43,746 nucleotides of DNA from Bacteroidia bacterium (lineage in GTDB: Bacteria; Bacteroidota; Bacteroidia; UBA4408). This document shows, one piece after another, positions 31,358-40,335 of the stretch. The first letter of the stretch is position 1. Every line of letters begins with the position of its first letter. The translations under genes and the position numbers were made by a program. The notes beneath the pieces were generated by a model, which ran no database searches, had not been told where the DNA came from, and saw only the letters and a program-made list of their open reading frames with translations. The stretch lies in NCBI GenBank assembly GCA_040080595.1, contig JBEBIC010000001.1, forward strand, positions 1 to 43,746, given 5' to 3'.

Positions 31358-32260
31358 ATGAAAACGAACAAAATTCTTTCAACAGCAGCGTTATTAACTA
31401 TTGCACGTATAGTAGTTGCGCAGGAACAAACGCAACAACTAAAACAACTAAAAATAACAGACTTGTATGTGCACAATGGTTTTTTTGTAAATAGCACAAC
31501 TAACGGTAGTTTACAAGATTTTAAAACGCTTGCTCCACAATCTGTATTACTAAAAAATGATTTGAGTGCTTACTCACAATCCAATGGGTATTCGTTTGAT
31601 GGCAGAAGTATGCTTAGTGCATTGCTTGGTGTACAACTTAGAGATAAAAACAAAACAGGTTATAGAAAATCGCCTTTGTTGCGCTTAGGCGTTGGCTATT
31701 ATTCGGTGAGTGGCATCGCAACTAATTTTTACACCACAAAAACAATTACTTACGACACGCTAAAATCAACTAAATCTAGTGAAGTAACTTACTTGGATTC
31801 AGTAAAAAGAAAAAATTACAACATGGATTATTCAGCTAATCAATTACGGTTAGATGCTTCGTTAATTTTTAGAACCAATGCAGATGCACGCTGGTCGGCA
31901 TTTGCGGGCATTGGCATTAATGCGGGGGCATCGTTAAACTCAAGTACAAGAATTAGTTACTATGAAACAGAAGACAAAGAAGCAAGGAATACCGCAGGAG
32001 AGCATTATACAACCAATTATTACTCAAGCACGGTAGTAAATAGTAAGAGTGAAATAGCCAACAACAAAACCAATTTTACCTGCGCCGCTTATGTTCCTGT
32101 TGGTGTTGATTTTAGAATAGGCAAAAAAAGAGCGTTTTGGAAACATACACATTTGTTTTACGAGTTGCGCCCAAGCGTTGCTATTACTGCTATACCTGAG
32201 TTACGCACCTTTGCTGATGCAGGTGTACAACAAGGTATTGGGTTGCGAGTTACGTTGTAA
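31358..32260 (+). CDS. Outer-membrane beta-barrel protein, function unknown
   Basis: 300 aa. Signal peptide (..RIVVAQ), then repeated strand-like segments rich in Y/G/S/T (LRLGVGYYSVSG, LDASLIFRTN, FAGIGINAGASL, CAAYVPVGVDFRIG, VQQGIGLRVTL). Confidence 0.6.
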   Translation: MKTNKILSTAALLTIARIVVAQEQTQQLKQLKITDLYVHNGFFVNSTTNGSLQDFKTLAPQSVLLKNDLSAYSQSNGYSFDGRSMLSALLGVQLRDKNKTGYRKSPLLRLGVGYYSVSGIATNFYTTKTITYDTLKSTKSSEVTYLDSVKRKNYNMDYSANQLRLDASLIFRTNADARWSAFAGIGINAGASLNSSTRISYYETEDKEARNTAGEHYTTNYYSSTVVNSKSEIANNKTNFTCAAYVPVGVDFRIGKKRAFWKHTHLFYELRPSVAITAIPELRTFADAGVQQGIGLRVTL

Positions 32261-32276
32261 GTAGTCTAAAATAAAA

Positions 32277-32303
32277 TCGCCCTAACACAATGTGTTAGGG
32301 CGA
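32277..32303. terminator. 27-nt palindromic hairpin, copy 1 (TCGCCCTAACACAATGTGTTAGGGCGA)
   Basis: 12-bp perfect stem with a 3-nt loop, between convergent genes (31358-32260 + and 32333-34450 -). It is identical over all 27 nt to 34734-34760. Confidence 0.65.
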
Positions 32304-32332
32304 TTATTAATTAAAGCTATTTATGTGTACTC

Positions 32333-34450
32333 TTACTTACTTATAGCTAAGCGTTGTACTGCCTGTCCTTGATTAGTAATTGTTTTAACAAAATAAATCC
32401 CGTTAGCATCATTACTTAAATCAATAGTTTGTTTGCCTGCGTTTATAGTGTTAGTCATTATAACTCGTCCTAAAGCATCAGTAATAATTACTTGCGTAGT
32501 TACATTTGCATTAATAACAAAAATACCTGTGCTTGGGTTTGGATTAATTGTAATTGATTGCACTTTATTTTTAGCTGATAAACCAACTGGTGTTAATGAT
32601 ACACACGTACTTGTATCCGAACAGTTTCCTATAGTTACTATTACAGCATAACTACCACTTACAGTTGCAACATAATATTGATTTGTAGCTCCTGCTATTG
32701 CAGAGTCTCCCATTGTACAATCTATCCATTGATAAGTTGCACCTGTGGCGTTTGCCGTTACAGTATCTTGATTAACGGTAGTGGTTACATCTATAACTGT
32801 ACCTACTGTTAGGTTAGTAGTTACTATACTGTCGCAACCGTTTATAGCCATTAGTGTATCGGTGTAAGTTCCTGTTGTGTTATAAACATTAGTTCCTACT
32901 GTAGTTGATTGCCCTGCACACAATACTAACGTTTGTGAGCTTGACAAAGGCGTGCAGCTATTTAAAATAGGGCGAATAACATGTGATTTAGCAAAAGTAG
33001 CACCAAAATTTTCAACAGGTGTCCACGCTTGTCCTGTCCAACTAGCGAATGCTGTATTTGGAGTAAATATGTCGTTAGTTACAGCTAAACCAATATTGGT
33101 ATTGTACTCTGTTATTGCTACTAAATAGTTGCCAGGTTGTAACATTAGGTTAGCGCCTCCTATAGCTTTTATAGCATGTGTGCGTAATACTAGCCCTAAG
33201 GTGTCTGCAGGAGTAAATACATAATTAGCCGATGTGCCTATAATAGCATTAGGTAAGCCCGCTGCAAAATCATAAATAACTACTTTAGTTGAATCGCCAA
33301 CGCCATTTCCATTTCCAGAGCCAGGTTTATTTAAACCAACTAACACCGAATCTATGTAAGTAGCTGCATTTACAGTAAACATAGTACCTAAATAACCAGT
33401 AGGGCCTGCGCCTATTCCATAAGCGGTAGATACAGTACCATTATCTCTAGCGTACTCTCCATTACTTACCGTAAATGTATAAGAACTAGTGTCGGCTGCT
33501 GTAGCTGTATTATTAGTACACGATGATATGTATTGTACCATATAATCGCCAGTGGTTGTGGGTGTAAATGTTCCTGTATTAATTACAGCGTTGGCTGAAA
33601 TAGCCAAACTTACAGTTGCCGAAGTTGCTGTAAATACGGGTGTAGTAAAATTAGGTACTTTGTATACATTGGCGGTTAAAGTAGCGTCGGTAGTTGCTGT
33701 AGCTCCATTGTTTGTAACGGTTGATTCCATAGGAATAGCCACAACTTGTGTAAGAGGGACAATTGTATATGGCATTGGGTTATTTGCTACTATAACATCA
33801 GCATTGCCACCTGCAGGTGTATAGGTAAAATCATCAATACCTATATTGTCGCTAGCAGTACCAGTAGGACCTCCATTAGTTACATAGTATCTAAATGCCA
33901 TGCGCCCAGTCATAGCCATTGGTAAGCCACTTACGATTAGTGTATATTTTGTCCAAACGCTAGGGTAGCTACCTGTGCCTGTAAGAGTTAATGTTGGGTT
34001 AATGTCCAACAATAGCGTAGAAAAATCTCCAACAGAAGATGCTGTAGTACCTACATTAGTACTAGTTCCATTTACGGACAATCGTACTTGCATTCTATCT
34101 GCATAAGTAGGTACATCTACCGTTCTACTATAAAACGTAACTACATCTCCATTGTTAAACGTGCGTGCAGGTGTTATTAACCAACAACTAATATCTCCAG
34201 CACTAGCAACCATATTATAATTACCATTAATAAACCCTGTACCCGCATTTGGAGCAAAAGGAGTAGTACCTGTTCCTTGAAACCAATCAGTAGTTGTACC
34301 TATTGGGGTACTTAGGTTGTTTGTTGCCCAGCCACTCGTGGCAAGGGTTGTTATGTCATCAAACGATTCGGTAATCGCCTGTGCCGATACGCTTGAAGTA
34401 ATAGCAAGACCTGCGCCTATGCTTAACATGTTTTTGTAGATTTTTTTCAT
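32333..34450 (-). CDS. T9SS-secreted protein with N-terminal choice-of-anchor-J-like domain
   Basis: 705 aa with a signal peptide (..SVSAQA). The N-terminal block ESFDDITTLATSGWATNNLSTPIGTTTDWFQG...GDISCWLITPARTF resembles the choice-of-anchor J domain as I remember it. The middle is Thr/Asn-rich and Ig-like, with Cys-containing repeats. Type-A T9SS CTD (ITINPNPSTGIFVIN...GIYFVKTITNQGQAVQRLAISK). Confidence 0.8.
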   Translation of the reverse strand: MKKIYKNMLSIGAGLAITSSVSAQAITESFDDITTLATSGWATNNLSTPIGTTTDWFQGTGTTPFAPNAGTGFINGNYNMVASAGDISCWLITPARTFNNGDVVTFYSRTVDVPTYADRMQVRLSVNGTSTNVGTTASSVGDFSTLLLDINPTLTLTGTGSYPSVWTKYTLIVSGLPMAMTGRMAFRYYVTNGGPTGTASDNIGIDDFTYTPAGGNADVIVANNPMPYTIVPLTQVVAIPMESTVTNNGATATTDATLTANVYKVPNFTTPVFTATSATVSLAISANAVINTGTFTPTTTGDYMVQYISSCTNNTATAADTSSYTFTVSNGEYARDNGTVSTAYGIGAGPTGYLGTMFTVNAATYIDSVLVGLNKPGSGNGNGVGDSTKVVIYDFAAGLPNAIIGTSANYVFTPADTLGLVLRTHAIKAIGGANLMLQPGNYLVAITEYNTNIGLAVTNDIFTPNTAFASWTGQAWTPVENFGATFAKSHVIRPILNSCTPLSSSQTLVLCAGQSTTVGTNVYNTTGTYTDTLMAINGCDSIVTTNLTVGTVIDVTTTVNQDTVTANATGATYQWIDCTMGDSAIAGATNQYYVATVSGSYAVIVTIGNCSDTSTCVSLTPVGLSAKNKVQSITINPNPSTGIFVINANVTTQVIITDALGRVIMTNTINAGKQTIDLSNDANGIYFVKTITNQGQAVQRLAISK

Positions 34451-34470
34451 TGTTTTTATTTTGGGTTAAT

Positions 34471-34695
34471 TTAATTGTTTTTGGGTTTGGGTCTTTCGCC
34501 TGTATTCGGTTTTGGGGCTGATAAAGCGCCACTTATTTTTTTTGTACTATCTGCTTTTATTTCAAATAATTTTTTGGGTGCTTGTGTATTTGTTGATGTA
34601 ACTCCCTGTTTATACCTCTCTTCTTTACTGTTAGTTTTAGTTGATTTGCAGGCGCATACAAACATAGCAAAAAGGAACATAATTAGTTTAACCAT
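34471..34695 (-). CDS. Mini-lipoprotein (74 aa), Lys/Thr/Pro-rich, function unknown
   Basis: Hydrophobic N-terminus with a lipobox-like FVCAC, followed by a low-complexity charged tail. It ends 20 nt upstream of the T9SS cargo gene start. Coding status is uncertain. Confidence 0.45.
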   Translation of the reverse strand: MVKLIMFLFAMFVCACKSTKTNSKEERYKQGVTSTNTQAPKKLFEIKADSTKKISGALSAPKPNTGERPKPKNN

Positions 34696-34724
34696 AATTT
34701 ATATTTTAAATAGGTGTGTTTTTT

Positions 34725-34769
34725 AACTATTCATCGCCCTAACACAATGTGTTAGGGCGATGAATAGTT
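34725..34769 (-). terminator. 27-nt palindromic hairpin, copy 2, with stem extended to 21 bp
   Basis: AACTATTCATCGCCCTAACAC-AAT-GTGTTAGGGCGATGAATAGTT. The core at 34734-34760 is identical to 32277-32303. It lies 21 nt downstream of the dehydrogenase stop. Confidence 0.65.
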
Positions 34770-34789
34770 ATTATTATTTTACTGAAAAA

Positions 34790-35893
34790 TTAACGAGTTG
34801 CTCTTATTTTTGCAATATCGTCAATTCGTTTTATAGCAAGACGCTTGGCAGCTTCGTGGGTAGTTATACCTTGTGCTGTTGCCGCATCAAATATTTTAAG
34901 TGTGGTATTGTATATATTCTCTGCTTGGCGCATTGCATTATCACGGTTATAGCCTGTAAGTTCGCTATAAACGTTTATAATTCCACCTGCGTTTATCATA
35001 AAATCGGGAGCATACAACAATCCTTTTTCAAGCACAGCTAAGCCATGTACGTTTTCATCTAACAATTGGTTATTAGCAGCACCTGCTATAATGCTACATT
35101 TTAAACGGCTAAGTGTAGCATCGTTAATAGTAGCACCCAATGCACATGGAGCGTATATATCCATATCTACATCATAAATAGCATCGCCTAATACTACCTC
35201 TGCACCAGTTTCTTTGCTTAATGCTTGTAAGCGCTCTTCGTTAATATCATTAATATATACTTTAGCGCCTTCTTTGGTTAAGTACTTAACCAAATTTTGC
35301 CCAACATTTCCAATACCTTGTACGGCTACTTTTTTGCCCGCAAGGCTATCATTACCCCAGCGTTTGTTAGCGCAGGCTTTCATACCCATATACACGCCAA
35401 ATGCAGTAACAGGGCTTGGATCGCCACTACCGCCCATACTTTCGGGTATGCCCGTAACGCTGTCGGTTTCCATTTTTACATACACCATATCTTGTGTGCC
35501 TATTCCTACATCTTCGGCAGTAATGTACTTACCCGCAAGGCTGTTTACAAACTTACCAAAACGGCGCATTAACGCTTCGTTTTTTTGTGTTTTACTATCA
35601 CCAATTATTACCGCTTTACCACCACCAAGGTTTAAACCCGCAAGCGATGATTTGTACGTCATACCTCTTGATAAACGAAGCACATCGGTAATGGCTTCCA
35701 TTTCGTTGGTGTAGTTCCACATACGGGTACCGCCCAATGCTGGGCCTAGTACGGTGTTGTGTATTGCTATTATTGCTTTTAAGCCTGTTTCGTTATCGTT
35801 GCAAAACACAATTTGTTCGTGATTATTTTGCATCATTTGCGATATCACTGGGTTTTGCGCCAAGTGCGAATCTTTAAGGGCAGTTACTTCCAT
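34790..35893 (-). CDS. Leu/Val/Phe-type amino acid dehydrogenase (Glu/Leu/Phe/Val dehydrogenase family)
   Basis: 367 aa. Catalytic Lys block (LAGLNLGGGKAVIIGD) and NAD Rossmann motif (VQGIGNVGQNL). The length is typical of Leu/Val/Phe dehydrogenases rather than GDH. Confidence 0.85.
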   Translation of the reverse strand: MEVTALKDSHLAQNPVISQMMQNNHEQIVFCNDNETGLKAIIAIHNTVLGPALGGTRMWNYTNEMEAITDVLRLSRGMTYKSSLAGLNLGGGKAVIIGDSKTQKNEALMRRFGKFVNSLAGKYITAEDVGIGTQDMVYVKMETDSVTGIPESMGGSGDPSPVTAFGVYMGMKACANKRWGNDSLAGKKVAVQGIGNVGQNLVKYLTKEGAKVYINDINEERLQALSKETGAEVVLGDAIYDVDMDIYAPCALGATINDATLSRLKCSIIAGAANNQLLDENVHGLAVLEKGLLYAPDFMINAGGIINVYSELTGYNRDNAMRQAENIYNTTLKIFDAATAQGITTHEAAKRLAIKRIDDIAKIRATR

Positions 35894-36028
35894 TAGTATT
35901 GAGTTTTTTTCTTATTAAAATTAAACGCTTTATGAGTTGGATTGCTTTAGTAATGTGGCGGTAAAAGTAGGTTTATTATTAGTACCGCAAAATTTTAATT
36001 GTACCGCATTATTTACTAGCAAATAACA

Positions 36029-37321
36029 CTACTTAGCAATACTAAATTTAGTACTCGTAGTAGTGGTTTTTATAACGTAAATACCATTTGTTAAGTGTGC
36101 AACATCAACTGTATTTACGCCATTTACTAGCTGTAATTCCAACACTTTATTACCCATATAGTTGTATATGTATATTTTTTGATTTTGATTGCTCTGTAGC
36201 GTAATTAACCCTTGCGATGGATTAGGATAAACGCTTATAGCATTGGTTTCGCTTTTATAATTAATAGCATTGGTACAACTCAATTTATTAATATAATCCC
36301 ACAACACATTATCAAACGCTGAGCCAGCAAAACTAAAGCCTCCTGCACTATTGCCCTGTCTTATTACTACTAAATTTTGGCTTGGTACTACGTATATTTT
36401 TTGGTCGTTTTTACCTAATGCACAATACATATCGTTAGGAGCATTGGGTATTAACGAGCCTGGCACAGCTATTTGTGAGAATGGTGCCATTGCGCTACTT
36501 TTTCCATTTAACCACCACAAGTAACCATACGAATTATTTAGTGCCTGCGAGCTATTAATCATAGCATTAAAATACGATGTATCTTTCATTAATGTATCCG
36601 TTTTCCAAATTCCTTTATTTAAACTCAATAAGCCAAAGCGAGCCATATCTCGTGCTTTGCTATAATATATTTGCTGGCTCCATGCTCCGCCCATTCCTAT
36701 TTTAGATTTTATCCAGTTGGTTGTAATTGCATTGTACGATAGCCCAACAGCAGCACTTACCACATCTTGCACATGGTAATAAGCACCTGTGTGATAGCCC
36801 CAACGTGTGCCTGCATCAGCTTTGTATATTAAACAGGCTTTGGCGGTATCGAGGTGGTCGCAAGGTAAGGGTGGTTGGTCATCTAAACCACTATTCATAC
36901 TTAATAAATGTTTAATGGTTATTAAATTTTCTTTAGCTAAAAGCTCCGAAGTCCAGCCAGTACCAATGTACTGCGACACCTTGTTGTTGATGTTGATATA
37001 ACCTTTTTGTTGTGCTACACCTGTTATAAAACTAGCTAAGCTCTTACTTGCCGATGCCCAATACCACAATGAATCTTGTGTGTAAGTGCCAAAATATTTT
37101 TCTAATACTATTTTTCCATCTTTTAATACGATGAATGATTTAGAATTTTTGGCTTGCAAATAATTATACAACGAATCAACACGAGGTTGGCAATACCCAA
37201 GTAATGATGGCGACAAGGTATCCCACGTAGTACCAACAGATGGTGGAAAATACAAACTTTGAGCTTGTGCGTAAGCTACTGAAATGCAAAATAAGAAAGG
37301 AAGTAAAATTAATTTTTTCAT
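36029..37321 (-). CDS. T9SS-secreted serine hydrolase of the beta-lactamase/PBP4-like family (start corrected)
   Basis: The track ORF runs to 37558, but the first 79 codons are junk-like and would overlap the DPP-IV start. The ATG at 37319-37321 gives MKKLILLPFLFCISVAYAQAQ, a clean signal peptide. SxxK nucleophile motif (WASASKSLASF). T9SS CTD (ISVYPNPSQGLITLQ...GIYVIKTTTTSTKFSIAK). Confidence 0.8.
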   Translation of the reverse strand: MKKLILLPFLFCISVAYAQAQSLYFPPSVGTTWDTLSPSLLGYCQPRVDSLYNYLQAKNSKSFIVLKDGKIVLEKYFGTYTQDSLWYWASASKSLASFITGVAQQKGYININNKVSQYIGTGWTSELLAKENLITIKHLLSMNSGLDDQPPLPCDHLDTAKACLIYKADAGTRWGYHTGAYYHVQDVVSAAVGLSYNAITTNWIKSKIGMGGAWSQQIYYSKARDMARFGLLSLNKGIWKTDTLMKDTSYFNAMINSSQALNNSYGYLWWLNGKSSAMAPFSQIAVPGSLIPNAPNDMYCALGKNDQKIYVVPSQNLVVIRQGNSAGGFSFAGSAFDNVLWDYINKLSCTNAINYKSETNAISVYPNPSQGLITLQSNQNQKIYIYNYMGNKVLELQLVNGVNTVDVAHLTNGIYVIKTTTTSTKFSIAK

Positions 37322-37512
37322 AAGTGTTGATGTAGTTTTAAATAAAAGTAATAGTTTTTTAGTAATAACGATACTCATTTTAACGAACCATTTTTTTTTA
37401 ATTGTACTTGCAAAATAAAGCGTGTGTAAATATAATTTATTACACGCTTTTTGTTTTTTTAAACAGTAATACACTACATTCGTATAATCATAATTTATAA
37501 CACAATTAAAAA

Positions 37513-39714
37513 ATGAACTTCGTAAAACTAATAACAACATTTGCCTTAGTAATAGCAATTACAACTATACAAGCACAAAAACAAAATATTACGCTAGAGG
37601 ATATTTGGAAAGGGAGTCAGTTAAGAGCCAAAAATATAGATGGGCTTAATAATATGAATGATGGCGAGCATTACACCGTGTTGGAAGATGACGGCGAACA
37701 TGCTGTTATTAATAAATACAATTACAAAACAGGCAAAAAAACTGCCACTTTATTATCATCGGCTACGTTGCACAATCCTATTAACAACGAAGAAATTTTG
37801 TTTGATGATTATGCCTTTGATGCTACTGAAACCAAGCTAATACTTACTACCAACAAAACATCAATATACCGCCATTCGTTTGATGCAGCGTATGTAATAG
37901 TGGACTTAACAACCAACAAAGTAGAATTATTAGACGATGTTATAAAACAACAATTACCCGCATTTAACCCGCAAAGTACCGCCATTGCTTATGTGCAAAA
38001 AAACAATTTATTTGTAAAAAAAATAGGCACTAACGCTGCCCAACAAATAACGTTTGACGGTAAGCGCAACAACATAATAAACGGCACTACCGACTGGGTA
38101 TATGAAGAGGAGTTTGGTTTTGATAGAGCTTTTTATTGGAGCAACGATGGTAAAAAAATAGCCTATTTTAAATTTGACGAAAGCGCAGTAAAAGAGTTTA
38201 ACATGACTATGTTTACAGGGCTTTACCCAGCTGATAATAAATTTAAGTATCCTAAAGCAGGCGAAAAAAATAGTGTAGTAACAATACATATTTACGATGT
38301 AGAAAAAGGCACAACTACCAAAGCCAACATTGATGCGGCGCAGTACGAATACATACCCCGCATAGCATGGCATCCATTGGGCAAGCTTATGGTAAGTACC
38401 CTAAATCGTGCGCAAAACAAATTAGATATTTACACTATTGATGCCACCAATGGCAATGCTAGCAAGTGGTACACGCGTACCGATGAAAAATACATTGACA
38501 TAAGCGAAGGACAAGAAAACTTTTTTTACCCTACCGCCGATGGCAAAAATGTACTTATGCTTTCCGACGAAGATGGCTACATACATCTATACAACTACGA
38601 CTATGCCACAGGTGCTAAAACCCTCATTACCAAAGGTAATTTTGATGTAAAAAAACTACATGGTATAGACGAAAAAAACAAACGTATCTATTACAGCAGT
38701 ACCGAAGTGCACCCAAGCGAAGACCACACCTATGTGATAGACTTTAAGGGAACTAACAAGCGCCAACTCACTACTAAGAAAGGTGCTAACACAGTTAGTT
38801 TTAGTGCTAATTACGCTTACTTTATATGTACCAATAGTGCATTTGGTGTTCCGTTTAATATTGCATTGTACGAAACTAAAACAGGCAAGGCGGTACGCGT
38901 GTTAGAAGATAACGCAACACTATTATCAACCATAACAAACATAAACACAAGCCCTGTAGAAATGATAACCGTAAAAACGACTGATGGTACGTTACTAAAC
39001 GGTTATATGATAAAACCTACCAATTTTGATGCAACTAAAAAATACCCAGTGTTTCAAACCTATTATGGCGGGCCAGGTAAGGCAGAGGTAGAAAGCGAAT
39101 GGGGTGGAGCAAACTATTGGTGGCATCAGTTTTTGGCACAAAAAGGCTACATTGTAGTGTGTGTTGATAATAGAGGCACGCCTAATAGAGGTAACGCATT
39201 TAAAAAAGCTACGTACAAAAATTTAGGTAAACTGGAAGTGGAGGATCAAATAGAAGTAGCAAAATATTTAGGTACATTACCCTATGTTGATAAAACCCGC
39301 ATAGCCTGTATGGGCTGGAGTTTTGGCGGATATTTAACTTCATTGTGTATGACCAAAGGCGCAGCTTATTTTAAAGCAGGTATAGCCGTAGCACCTGTTA
39401 CCAATTGGCGTTATTACGATAGTATTTATACAGAGCGTTTCCTACTAACGCCACAAGATAATGCTAAGGGCTATGATGATAATTCTCCCATAAATTTTAC
39501 GGATAGTTTGAAAGGCGCATTCCTATTAGTACACGGCAGTGCCGATGATAATGTGCATGTACAAAACTCCATGGAAATGAGTACCGCCCTTGTAAAATCT
39601 AACAAACCGTTCGACCAAATGATATACACCAATAAAGCACATGGCATATCGGGCGGAAACACTCGTTTGCATTTATACACCAAAATGTTCGATTTTTTAC
39701 AAAAGAATTTATAG
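37513..39714 (+). CDS. Dipeptidyl-peptidase IV (S9B prolyl peptidase)
   Basis: 733 aa. Signal peptide, DPP-IV propeller region (TTDWVYEEEFGF), and an S9 catalytic domain with GWSFGGY, GSADDNVH and NKAHG. Confidence 0.9.
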   Translation: MNFVKLITTFALVIAITTIQAQKQNITLEDIWKGSQLRAKNIDGLNNMNDGEHYTVLEDDGEHAVINKYNYKTGKKTATLLSSATLHNPINNEEILFDDYAFDATETKLILTTNKTSIYRHSFDAAYVIVDLTTNKVELLDDVIKQQLPAFNPQSTAIAYVQKNNLFVKKIGTNAAQQITFDGKRNNIINGTTDWVYEEEFGFDRAFYWSNDGKKIAYFKFDESAVKEFNMTMFTGLYPADNKFKYPKAGEKNSVVTIHIYDVEKGTTTKANIDAAQYEYIPRIAWHPLGKLMVSTLNRAQNKLDIYTIDATNGNASKWYTRTDEKYIDISEGQENFFYPTADGKNVLMLSDEDGYIHLYNYDYATGAKTLITKGNFDVKKLHGIDEKNKRIYYSSTEVHPSEDHTYVIDFKGTNKRQLTTKKGANTVSFSANYAYFICTNSAFGVPFNIALYETKTGKAVRVLEDNATLLSTITNINTSPVEMITVKTTDGTLLNGYMIKPTNFDATKKYPVFQTYYGGPGKAEVESEWGGANYWWHQFLAQKGYIVVCVDNRGTPNRGNAFKKATYKNLGKLEVEDQIEVAKYLGTLPYVDKTRIACMGWSFGGYLTSLCMTKGAAYFKAGIAVAPVTNWRYYDSIYTERFLLTPQDNAKGYDDNSPINFTDSLKGAFLLVHGSADDNVHVQNSMEMSTALVKSNKPFDQMIYTNKAHGISGGNTRLHLYTKMFDFLQKNL

Positions 39715-39815
39715 CTAAAACACACGTAAATTGGACTGAATTTTCTTTAGTGCAATAAATAAAATATTATGGTAATTTTACCGTTAATAGTATTCAGTTA
39801 CCTCCATTTATAAAT

Positions 39816-40313
39816 ATGAACACCAACATAAAAACCATAACTACCCAGTACCAAGTTTTTGCTAATGTAGCAGCACTCTCTGCACAAGAGCAAGAACTAT
39901 TTACACAAGCCAAACAAGCCGCTACACAAGCATACGCACCTTACTCGCAGTTTAATGTAGGCTGCGCATTATTGTTAGATAATGGTAAAATAGTATTGGG
40001 TAACAATCAAGAAAATGCTGCGTACCCAAGTGCCATGTGTGCCGAGCGTGTAGCCGTATTTAGCGCATCAGCACTGTACCCTACAGCCAAAGTAGTTACG
40101 GTATTTTTATCAGCGTTTTCGCCCAATTACAAACTCATACAGCCTATAACGCCTTGTGGCTCGTGCCGTCAAGCATTAGCGGAGTATGAATACAAACAAA
40201 AACAAAAAATAAAAGTGTATATGACCTGCGACAACGACGAAATATGGATGACCGAAAGCGTTTTCGATTTGCTACCACTGGCATTTAATTCAGATAGTTT
40301 AAAAGGAAAATAA
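39816..40313 (+). CDS. cdd: Cytidine deaminase
   Basis: 165 aa with zinc motifs CAERVA and PCGSCRQ. Confidence 0.85.
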   Translation: MNTNIKTITTQYQVFANVAALSAQEQELFTQAKQAATQAYAPYSQFNVGCALLLDNGKIVLGNNQENAAYPSAMCAERVAVFSASALYPTAKVVTVFLSAFSPNYKLIQPITPCGSCRQALAEYEYKQKQKIKVYMTCDNDEIWMTESVFDLLPLAFNSDSLKGK

Positions 40314-40335
40314 TTTTTTAACACACACATTCAAT

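Noticed and set aside
34760-35041. 93-aa plus-strand ORF starting inside the second palindromic hairpin
   Set aside because: It begins within the terminator stem and then runs antisense to the 3' end of the dehydrogenase gene. The translation is Cys/Tyr/Phe-rich junk.
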